A stretch of DNA of 64,000 nt from Octopus bimaculoides (lineage: Eukaryota), in contig NC_068990.1 in NCBI RefSeq assembly GCF_001194135.2, positions 66,374,013 to 66,438,012 of the forward strand. The letters run 5' to 3'. The notes under the pieces were generated by a model that was given only the letters and a program-made list of their open reading frames with translations, had not been told where the DNA came from and did no database searches. Position numbers and translations under genes: made by a program. This document shows, piece after piece, positions 52,867 to 64,000 of the stretch; position 1 is the stretch's first letter, and each line of letters opens with the position of its first letter.

Positions 52867-54884
52867 ATTTTGCTAGAATTAAGGTCCGAATGCTAAAGCA
52901 CTTTCCCATTCAATTACAGTTCTAAGATAGTCTTAAATTTTGTACCTCCTGTGTTGTTTAGTTTAAATATCGAAGTATGTATGCATGTATGTATGAGCAT
53001 AGAAACATATATGCATACCTACATATATATNNNNNNNNNNNNNNNNNNNNNNNNNNNNNNNNNNNNNNNNNNNNNNNNNNNNNNNNNNNNNNNNNNNNNN
53101 NNNNNNNNNNNNNNNNNNNNNNNNNATATATATATATGTATATATAGAGTACATGTAGATATTTATAGAAGTGTATCTATATACGTGTAAACATATACAT
53201 ACGTATACTTTTATATATGCAGATAAAAATTCATATATATGTGTGTACTTGTATGCGTGTGCTTCTGTGCCTCTGGGCCTCTCTGCCTCTGTCTGTGTCC
53301 TTATGTGTCTGTTTACATAGCTGCGTACATTCCTGCCTGTGTCTTTTACAATATAATCATCCTGGCCAGTTTCACTTTAACAGACAATATTGACAAGTGG
53401 ATGTAGATTACCAGTACAACGCATACAGCAGCTAAATGTAATACTTTGCGAAAGAAGAGGACAAAAGCTTTGGAAAGTTACCAGAAATGGTATTAGACTG
53501 ACACTAATCTCATTATTTTTCAAAGATAAGTTAGTTTCCTACGATATAATTGCTATAGCCAAAACGGCGGAAATACCCGTATCATTTTATTTTGTCTAGA
53601 CATGTTATTGGTAGTTATCTACGATGTTTCTCATACCAGTTTTCTGGAACGTTCTCGTCAGATGTGGGTCATTGTACGATAGGGAACTATAACGAGGGAT
53701 TGTCATATTTATACGTTCTCTTTTAAAAATATTTTTGTTGTGATTACCTACCTTCTGGCGGTAATCCCATATTCCACGTTTGGTCTTTTATTTCTTCTGT
53801 ACACGGTAACTAATTGCTTAGTTATGCAACCACATATGATCAGACGGCAGTTAATTTGCTACAAAGCTTCTCTTCGTGTTTTATCACTTTTCTTCATAAT
53901 ATGATTAACCCTGTTGTTAACCAATAAGACTGACATATTCTCCTGCCTCTGAACATAAATATACAATTAGTGAAATAGAAATCCTATAAATAAATACGTG
54001 TTACCTCTCTCGCTCACTCTGTTACATGCACAAACACCCCTCCCCCACACAGAGATGTATGAATATAAATTTGTCAAAATCTCTTCGCTGGTATTTGGAT
54101 ATTTTTCTGTAGATCAACTCCTTTCCATTTTTCAGAATGACATTATAACAGGTGTGACAACATTATTCTTCTTCTTAGGTAGCATATATGTTCATTTCTC
54201 TGAGCGTGTACGTATTATGCTTACATGTAAATACGTAAGCATGTAAGAATATGCATGTGTGTGTGTGTGCGCGCCTGCACGCGCGTATATGTGTGTGATC
54301 GCGCGCGTGTTTATGGGTATGTATGTGTGTATGCGCACGTGTATATGTGTGTATATGTGTGTGCGTGTGATTATACATAAAGATTATATTTAAAGAGATA
54401 TGTTTTTGCTTTACCAAAGAAACATTAGCTTCATAACGTATGTTATCGCTTCAACCCTAAAAGAATTTTCATCGTAGTCGTTGTGTGGGAATACCAATCG
54501 TGTCCTTCAATCATTTTATAATGAGGAGAAAGTCCAATTGGTCCAAGTTACTTAACTATTGTAGATTATTTGTTCAGATTGATGCGTTGGTGAGGTAGAT
54601 ACCATAAAAGAAGACTACTTTCTTACGCTAAAGATAAATCTCTATTTTAATATTATTTTACACCGAATATCTTTAGGCGCCTCCAGGTTGGTTCATATAC
54701 GTATAAGCGTTGGCTTTTGAAAAATCGTCAAAAGATTTTATTTCTCGGTAGCTAAGAAATACGATGAGACAATAAATATCATGAAAATTACGTAGAACAA
54801 AGATGTTAAATAATTTTGGGATAAGTTGTTGAAGACCTATTTTGGCTGCCTATGACAAAACAAATATTTTGGATATTTGTAATT

Positions 54885-55285
54885 ATCATTTATTCTTCTA
54901 TTCATCTAATGGTGTCAGTTGTAGGAGTGAGGTCATACTGGAGCACCGCTTTTATTTTGTTCCAGTTTTGTTATCGCTTTATGGTTGAAAGTTGGTAAAT
55001 TATTGAGTTTGGGGTAGCTGATGTCTGAGTGTATCCCTAAATGATTGGCTGGTTTAATATCTTCAATAGAAGTTTATCCAATGTTTTATATTTCAATGTA
55101 GATGTCCCTTTTATATTTATGATTTCTTGGGGTAGGCAGTTGAACAATTGAGGATCTCTAAATATCAGAATGGTTCAATAGAATGGTTTTGCTCGTGATT
55201 TCGAAGGTGGTGGTATGTTTGGCAGTTGACAGTTTCTACCAGACCGTACATTAAAATTCTTTCTAGTGCTGAATTTTGAGACATA
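54885..55285 (-). mobile_element. CR1-type LINE 3' end with the shared tail
   Basis: GRNCQLP..FRDPQLFNCLPQEIINIKG..LDKLLLKI..ATPNSIIYQ, then gcggtgctccagtatgacc..actgacacc..atgaatagaagaataaat. Confidence 0.75.
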
Positions 55286-55349
55286 TATCATACACATATA
55301 TCATATGTATGTATGTGTGTGTGTATATATACATATATATATATATAAA

Positions 55350-55670
55350 GGTATTGGTTAAAGACCTCCTTCGGTCATGAATGGCCATGGAATTGCACCT
55401 AGAAAGTTACCCTCCGAGGCAAAGTCCGAGCAAGGTTGTTTATGGAAGACCAGCGGTCGTCCATGTCTACCAGCCTCCCCTCTCCACACCACTGATGTTA
55501 TTCAAGGGAAAGGAAAAGACCGATACAGATTTGCACCAGTGACGTTGCAACTCATTTCTACAGCTGAATGAACAAGAGCAACAAGAGATAACGTGTTTTG
55601 CTCAAGAGCACAATACACAGCCCGGTCGGGGAATCGACCTCACTACTTCATGATTGTGAGCCCGACGTAT
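55350..55670 (-). mobile_element. tRNA-derived CORE-like SINE, family C
   Basis: Head gaggtcgattccccgaccgggctgtgtattgtgctcttgagcaaaacac; tail ggtgcaattccatggccattcatgaccgaaggaggtcttt, distinct from the family B tail. Confidence 0.8.
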
Positions 55671-56062
55671 GTTTGTTTGTCTGTCTGTCTGTATGTATGT
55701 ATGCATACATGGATGCATGCTTGCATGTATTATGTATGTATGAATGTATGCATGTATGTATGTATTAAAATATATAATCAAAGATGAGGCCTTGTTAAAC
55801 ATATAAGCCTAATAGTGAGACGATTGGTATTAGAATAGCCACGAGGACAGTACTAGAAGTGAAAGAACAAAAATAACTTTTAAATTACATTTGGCACTTA
55901 AATGTTTTATATTTTTCATTTTTAAAAGACATACAAACAGAAGGGACGCGAATAACGAATAATGAAACATCTAATCCACTCTTTTATTCTGCTACAGATA
56001 TATTTCCTTGATATGTTGCTTTTATTAGCGACTTGATTTTAATCATCATTCAAGTGGGCTCA

Positions 56063-56095
<33 letters not shown>

Positions 56096-56170
56096 TGTGT
56101 GTAAATAGAAATAGAAATAGTAACAGAAAATAGAAACCAAGCTTAATTCCGAAATTAAACAGACTCTATA

Positions 56171-56211
<41 letters not shown>

Positions 56212-58451
56212 TAATAATAATAATAATAATAATGATGATGATGATGATGAGGATGATGATGATGAGGATGATGATGATGATAATCACAACAGCAACTATC
56301 AACAACTATAGTAACAACAAAAACAGCATCATCAACAACAACAACAACAACAACAACANNNNNNNNNNNNNNNNNNNNNNNNNNNNNNNNNNNNNNNNNN
56401 NNNNNNNNNNNNNNNNNNNNNNNNNNNNNNNNNNNNNNNNNNNNNNNNNNNNNNNNNNNNNNNNNNNNNNNNNNNNNNNNNNNNNNNNNNNNNNNNNNNN
56501 NNNNNNNNNNNNNNNNNNNNNNNNNNNNNNNNNNNNNNNNNNNNNNNNNNNNNNNNNNNNNNNNNNNNNNNNNNNNNNNNNNNNNNNNNNNNNNNNNNNN
56601 NNNNNNNNNNNNNNNNNNNNNNNNNNNNNNNNNNNNNNNNNNNNNNNNNNNNNNNNNNNNNNNNNNNNNNNNNNNNNNNNNNNNNNNNNNNNNNNNNNNN
56701 NNNNNNNNNNNNNNNNNNNNNNNNNNNNNNNNNNNNNNNNNNNNNNNNNNNNNNNNNNNNNNNNNNNNNNNNNNNNNNNNNNNNNNNNNNNNNNNNNNNN
56801 NNNNNNNNNNNNNNNNNNNNNNNNNNNNNNNNNNNNNNNNNNNNNNNNNNNNNNNNNNNNNNNNNNNNNNNNNNNNNNNNNNNNNNNNNNNNNNNNNNNN
56901 NNNNNNNNNNNNNNNNNNNNNNNNNNNNNNNNNNNNNNNNNNNNNNNNNNNNNNNNNNNNNNNNNNNNNNNNNNNNNNNNNNNNNNNNNNNNNNNNNNNN
57001 NNNNNNNNNNNNNNNNNNNNNNNNNNNNNNNNNNNNNNNNNNNNNNNNNNNNNNNNNNNNNNNNNNNNNNNNNNCACCACCACCACCAAGAACACTACCA
57101 AGACCACCACTACTACAACCACCACCATCACCATCACCATCACCATCACCATCACCACCACCATCACCATCACCACCACCACCATCAACAACATCATCAT
57201 CATCAATACCTAAACCATTGCCACCACCACTACGCATCACTGCCACCTCTGTATGTTTGTCGAAGCTAAGAATATGATCATCAGTTTTCATCTGAAGCAA
57301 CAAACAAGAAACTACAAAATATCCAAAATACACTGATTTATGAAGTAGAAATATCTGTAAACGATCCTCACTCTTTCAGCAAATTATTATTATTATTATT
57401 TTATTTTATGTTTGATATCCCTTTTATACGGCTTAATCTCTGCTCAAACATTAATATATTCCACGTCCATATTTATAGATAATCGTTAGCAACATTACGA
57501 AGGATTAAAAAGAATTCTGACTTAATTCTGCATTAGGTTTTGTTAATGGAGCCGCTTGTAAAGAACATGAAAAGAGCTTCTTTTAATTCTCAGTAGTTCA
57601 AAATGAAACTTCTTGCATAATATAGTTTTCTTTCTTATTCCTATATACGTTTTGTAGGAGTGTAAGAAATGGCTGAGTTGCTTGAATCTAAAATAAAGCT
57701 TGTAAAAAACCTTACACATTTAGTATAGCTCTGTTATCTCGCACTCACTTTGCCACACTTTCCTTTGATCCTTACAACGAGTGACTTTAAATAATATTTA
57801 CAATGTATATTGGATCGTTCTAAACTGAATGGTATTCATTTAATACTTAAATGGCTTCATAGCACAAAGTCTGCGAATTTGCATTGCATTCGGGTTTTGG
57901 ATTGCATCCAAATAATAGCGATTTTAATGCAGTTTATCCCACAGCCTAGTCAAATTCAAATGTGTTCTTGTTGTTCCAATGGATTTCACCTCACAAATTG
58001 ATAACATATATTACATTAACATTTGTCTAAATATATAACCAAGTGTCTCCTAGAAATATTCAATAGATACTTACAATAGGGTGGAGATTTTTCTCACAAA
58101 ACTGTAGTGGATATGTTGAATAACTGCAGTTTAAAATGTTCTTGATTGTATTTTTAAGATCTAACAATTTTAATTTTTATGATTTTTATAGTCTGGTCAG
58201 TACTGTTTCTCTATAAAATAGCCGAGATAACTGTTGGTTGCTTAACCGGTACGTTTCTTTAGTAAGACTTTACATCGCTTAGAGAGGAAAAGTGAAAAAG
58301 AGTAAAAGACTCACACACACACACACACGCACACACACACACATATATACACACACACACACGCGCACGCACACACTCTCACACACACATGCACACACAC
58401 GTGCGCGCGCGCACACATAGAAAGAGAGAGTGAACATGGAGAAACAGGAGA

Positions 58452-58942
58452 GGATTCTTCTACTCTTTTATATGTTTCAGCTCTGAGGTTGTGGCCATGC
58501 TGGAACACCGCCAGCGTAATCACCTCTTAATTGACCAATACTATGGGACTGACTTTTGGTGAAGGAGGCAGTTCGATACCGCTGCCCTCTTTTGAGTTTC
58601 GTACCTTGATATTGGTTCATCGGGGATTTTGGATAGCAAGAGGTCATGTTGTTTCTTAAAAACATTTACCCGCACTCCATAGAGATCCCTGACATGTATT
58701 GGCAACGAGTTAAATAACAGTGGATCCTTGAATCTCAAGCTAATACAAAAAATGGTCCTGACTTTAGATAAGACATCTGCGACTTTTGGAACAGTGCGGT
58801 GTCGTCCAATTGGAGGTCTGGTATAACTCTCAATTCCAAATTGTGATGCCAGCTTCTCCATTATCTTCCACACATATATCACTGTATACCTTTCCCATCT
58901 TCGCTCCAGAGAGTAGGCACGTAGCTCTTTCAGTCTCTCCCA
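58452..58942 (-). mobile_element. CR1-type LINE 3' end with the shared tail
   Basis: HWERLKELRAYSLERRWERYTVIYVWKIME..DPLLFNSLP..FKKQHDLLLSKIPDEP..RAAVSNCLLHQ; 3' UTR ggcggtgttccagcatggccaca..ctgaaacatataaaagagtagaagaat. Confidence 0.9.
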
Positions 58943-59017
58943 GTGACATACATACATAATACATACATACATACATACATACGCACATACATACGCACAT
59001 ACATACATGCACACACA

Positions 59018-59084
<67 letters not shown>

Positions 59085-59104
59085 ATGTATATATATATGC
59101 ATGT

Positions 59105-59265
59105 ATACGACAGGCTTCATTCAGTTTCTCGCTACCAAATCCATTCACAACGCTTTGGTCGGCCCGAGGCTATAGTAGAAGACACTTGCACAAGGTGCCA
59201 CGTAGAGGGACTGAACCTGGAACCATGTGGCTGGTAAGCAAGCTGCTTGCCATACATACAGCCAT
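59105..59265 (-). mobile_element. SINE family B (5' half)
   Basis: ggcccgaggctatagtagaagacacttgcacaaggtgccacgtagagggactgaacctggaaccatgtgg. Confidence 0.9.
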
Positions 59266-59767
59266 ACGTACATGTGTGTGTATGTGTGCGTGCGTACGTC
59301 AGGAATATGTAATCAGTACGGAGAGTACTTTTGCTTTAATTGTAATCGATACTCTATCAACACTCATAAAGTAAACATGGCAGTTTCCGAATAAATGGGT
59401 TTTAAAAGCGAATCGACAATCCAGATGTCACATCGTCATGAAAAATACGGGAATTTATTCTCACAATCGAATTTTTAACGCTACTTAATAATAAATATAC
59501 AGTTAAAATGTAGAAGACACACCACCGTCGCCACCATCGCTACTCTGCTTTACTAAACACTCGACTAAGATACTTGTGTGTGGGACAAATTGCTAACTTT
59601 GTTTAATATGATTAGGTAAATTCGTAGGCGAACAGGCATTAAACACCATGTTTCTTCGAACTATTAGGCTAAAGACAGAATTTGTACACAAATGCATTAA
59701 CAGATGTTTAGACACAGGATTTAACACCAAGGATCTTGCAAGCGAAATTCAGACACAATATAATATA

Positions 59768-59799
<32 letters not shown>

Positions 59800-59815
<16 letters not shown>

Positions 59816-59900
59816 ATCATTTGTATGTGTGTGTCTTTGTGTGTGCGTATTTTCCTTATGCATTCCAAAACCGAGTTGCCGATTTTGATGCATGGGATAC
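59800..59900 (+). mobile_element. Possible non-autonomous Helitron 5' end
   Basis: tatatatataagatcatttgtatgtgtg..tatgcattccaaaaccgagttgccgattttgatg resembles HelitronN 5' segments; no 3' CTAG end identified. Confidence 0.35.
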
Positions 59901-60505
59901 CAAAGGCTTCAGTAGGCTTTTGACTACCAACTAAAGTATATTTTCATTCACATATTTGTTTTTCCAAAAATGTAACATTGTCATTTTTCTTTTAGTAACC
60001 TATCATAAACGAAATTTTATAGCACCACCTTAACGACGATGACGTCACATTTTCTATATGAGTGTGTTCACGCGTTCGTTACATACATTACGCCGATGAG
60101 TGACAAGTATATGTGTGTGACGGTGTGTGTCTGTCAGTACACATACATTTTTGTGACGACATACAGGGGCAGAGATATTCTTCAGGTATGCGTTAATGTA
60201 TCTTAGTGTATCTTAGTTTATGTCTGTATCTTTCTCCCGCCTAACAGTGGAACACGCCGATAGTGTTTGAATATTTCATTTATATATATATATANNNNNN
60301 NNNNNNNNNNNNNNNNNNNNNNNNNNNNNNNNNNNNNNNNNNNNNNNNNNNNNNNNNNNNNNNNNNNNNNNNNNNNNNNNNNNNNNNNNNNNNNNNNNNN
60401 NNNNNNNNNNNNNNNNNNNNNNNNNNNNNNNNNNNNNNNNNNNNNNNNNNNNNNNNNNNNNNNNNNNNNNNNNNNNNNNNNNNNNNNNNNNNNNNNNNNN
60501 NNNNN

Positions 60506-60559
<54 letters not shown>

Positions 60560-60560
<1 letters not shown>

Positions 60561-61400
60561 AAATGAATAATAATAGAATAGAGTACAGATAAAAATTCCT
60601 TATGGGCCTTTCTACCATTGAGGTCTTGAAATCTCCCAAGTCATCCTCATCACGTCAATGATATACAGGGATGAAAAAACATTGGACAGAGATTAGATAA
60701 GGGTTGAGCCTGAAGGCGTCTTCAGAGAGTACAAATGTTAATAAAGTAACATGTGGGAAATTCAGTTAGAGTAATAGAGTAGGGTAAAAAAACTAAGATA
60801 AAATAGAATAGGTGAAAATAACAAAAATAAAGTAGTGTAATAGATACGGTAAGGAAATTTAGGAACTTTCTTGTAAAGTATTATAATATATGGTATTCCA
60901 TCCTATGATAAATTAATAAAGTCACTCTCAGGAAATATATCCGTAAGCTGCGGTTTACATCGTGCTTCCATTATACTGAGGGGAATAGTGAAGGTAGTAT
61001 GTTATGTGGTGGGTTTTATGGTATGGTCCATGTTACAGGGGTCAGAAGCTAGAGGCTAGCCGCTATTTAATAGACATAGCATTATAAAAGGAGTTGGTAG
61101 AAATAACTTAAATTGAACCTGTTAATGGAAAATTAAAAACTGGGTCAAACCTTAGTACGATGTTAATATTTGTTACTTATTGACCGAAACCTAATCTCAA
61201 TAGCCCTATGCAAAGTGGGCGTGGTCAAAGTCAATCCTGTAGCTTAATTGGTCAGCTAACATTTAAAAACAATGGCGCTGTTCAGGTCCGTTAGGGCTAT
61301 CTATAAATTACAAGACCAGTAAAACATAAGACTAAAATAAAAAATAAAATAAGAATACGAATAATTATAAGAATACATATATACATATCCATATAAGAAT
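60560..61400 (-). mobile_element. Possible PLE pseudo-LTR-like remnant
   Basis: Strand-asymmetric purine-rich tract like 44.1-44.5 kb; minus-frame DIFPESDFINLS..KKVPKF weakly resembles a PLE ORF N-terminus. Confidence 0.3.
61210..61310 (+). promoter_or_regulatory. Cluster of Pol II promoter-like motifs
   Basis: atgcaaag (octamer-like), gggcgtggtc (GC box), attgg (reverse CCAAT), aacaatggcg (YY1-like) and tataaatt within 100 bp. Confidence 0.3.
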
Positions 61401-61852
61401 TAAAAAATATTTCAGGCATGAATATTCAAGTTGATCCTTACTAATAGATGGGCTACGGGAAGTACCTATGGGTATGTGAGTAGCCTTTTATTTAGTTATA
61501 TCAGAGACATACATCCAAACAAGTAATTTTCTGCATGAGAGTCGTGGAGGGACTCATCTATTATTATTCATTCATTTCTATATATATATGTTTACGTATA
61601 TATTGGCTGATCTCATTCGGTTACTCGTACCACTTAACACATGTTTGTTACCATCTAATAAACATATATAATGGAATGTTTACTGACTGTTGTTTGTCGA
61701 TTTTAAATCCCCTCCACTTTCTTATTTGTCTTATACACACACACTACGCACACACACACACATATATGAATATATATAGATATATATATGTATATACATA
61801 TGTATATGTATATATGTATATAAATATATATATATAAATATATATTTATATA

Positions 61853-61887
<35 letters not shown>

Positions 61888-62558
61888 TATATAAATATAT
61901 ATATATATTATATGTGCGTGTATCTCTCTCTCTCTCTCTCTGTATATATATATATATATATATATATTTATGTTTCTCTCAGTGATGATATGTCTGAAGA
62001 CGCGCGAGTCACTTCACGATTTGTGAAGTTTTCAGAACCAGAACTGTGACCTACCTCTCCCATCGCGTAACGTTTTATGCATTGTAATTTTCATTTGATG
62101 ATACTGATGACGTTGATAACATTGTTCGATACACATTGTATCCTCCTCTTCCATATCCCCACTCCAGCCCATGACCATCACCACTCTCGCTACAACCACT
62201 TGCAGAACTTCAAAATTCCTCATCGAACCACAGTCATTAATATTATTTTTTATCACATCACTGTTCCTATCACAATTTCTATGTTGAATATCAAAGAACC
62301 GCGATTTAAAGAGATTTTGACGCATGAATGAAATTTACTTTTCATAAAGAAACCATATAATAATGATTATGTGAAATGCATCTCTTTGTCTATCTGTAAC
62401 AGTATATATATAAATATATATACACATATACATGTGCTTATATGTGTATATGTACGAGTCCATCTTTATGTCTGTATATATGTAAAATTATGCACATATA
62501 TATATGTATATATGTAAATATGTGTGTGTATACGCACGTTTGTGTCGTATGTGTGAGT

Positions 62559-62800
<242 letters not shown>

Positions 62801-63179
62801 TATAGTAACGTTGGTAGAAATCATTGTGAGATAGAATATGTTTAAGGAAGCCGTTCTGTACCAAGCTGTAAATATATAATAACAAAGAACAAATATTTAT
62901 GATAAACCTATCGATGTACAAACTCACAAATATATACACACAAAATGAGTTATATATTTGCGTGTATGTATACGTGTCTTTGTATCTATAAGCACGTACA
63001 CATACTTTTAAATCGCTATAAATCGATGTCATCCTCAATAAACAAACAGGTATATGGATTCATCGATGTCATAACCTTTATCATAATTTCTTTTATCGTG
63101 GAGATTCGTTGTAAATACTCTTTCAAGTTAAAATAATACATACTAGCCGTTCATATATTGCCATCACATGTGTGCAGTG

Positions 63180-63211
<32 letters not shown>

Positions 63212-63354
63212 TGTATGTATGTATGTATGTATTTATTTATTTATGTATGTATGCATGTATGCATGTATTTCTGTAGGTATGTATACACACACACACACAC
63301 ACACACACATAATATAATATAATATACTATTATATTATATACATACATATATTC

Positions 63355-63727
63355 ATTTATTCCTTTACTTGTTTCAGTCATTTGATTGCGGCCATACTGG
63401 AGCACCGCCTTTAGTCGAACAAAGCGACCCCACAACTTATTCTTAGTAAGCCTAGTACTTATTCTTTTGCCGAACCGCTAGAACGGGAAACACACCAGCA
63501 TGAGTTGTCAAGCGATGGTGTGAGGGCAAGCACAGACACACACACACACACACAAATATATACATATATACGACGGTCTTCTTTCTGTTTGCGTCTACCA
63601 AATCCACTCCCAAGGTTTTGGTCTACCCGAGTCAATAGTAGAAGACACATGCCCAAAGTGCCCCGCAGTGGAACTGAACTCGGAACCATGTGGTTGGGAC
63701 GCAAGCTTCTTACCATACAACCAGGCT
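63355..63727 (-). mobile_element. Full-length SINE family B (tRNA head, CORE-like box, internal microsatellite, CR1-like tail)
   Basis: Head near 63727; tail gttcgactaaaggcggtgctccagtatggccgcaatcaaatgactgaaacaagtaaaggaataaatgaat. Confidence 0.92.
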
Positions 63728-64000
63728 GCATACATATATATGTATTTATATGTATATATTCACACATATGTACGTATACATATATGTATATATATACATA
63801 TGCATATATGTATATATACATATATATATGTATATGTATTATATATGTAAGTATGCCTGTATATAACATATATAATTTATGTGTGTATACATATGTACGT
63901 ATATACATATTTACATGTTTACATGTATGTAAATGTACATCATATCGACATAAAATTCGAGTAAATTGTGTGCATGCCAAAATTATATATATATATATAT

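Noticed and set aside
60560-61520. Possible mitochondrial insertion (NUMT), and a hammerhead near 60610-60660
   Set aside because: No mitochondrial protein, tRNA or rRNA motif recognised; the putative ribozyme lacks C3 and a closed stem II.

Overview
AT-rich eukaryotic non-coding DNA with dense microsatellites, many N-gaps and decayed transposable elements. The SINE repertoire and repeat style point to an Octopus-type cephalopod (inference, not verified by search). No intact protein-coding gene is supported; almost all long ORFs in the track are microsatellite or N artefacts. Recognisable content: five fragments of restriction-endonuclease (RLE) non-LTR retrotransposons (three in a TAA/CAA tract, one between CATA tracts), an L1/Tx1 RT fragment, three Penelope-like elements (PLEs; two with hammerhead ribozyme motifs and inverted 5' junctions), three CR1-type and two or three RTE-type LINE 3' fragments, a deleted mariner, a hAT MITE with 8-bp TSD, about 14 tRNA-derived SINE copies from three families (13 on the minus strand), and a full-length U6 snRNA copy fused to a SINE/LINE 3' tail. 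The best leads are the U6 chimera, the 3' tail shared by CR1 LINEs, a SINE family and that chimera, and a tRNA-like promoter plus hammerhead module at a PLE 3' end. Element boundaries are read by eye and are approximate unless an exact junction is quoted.
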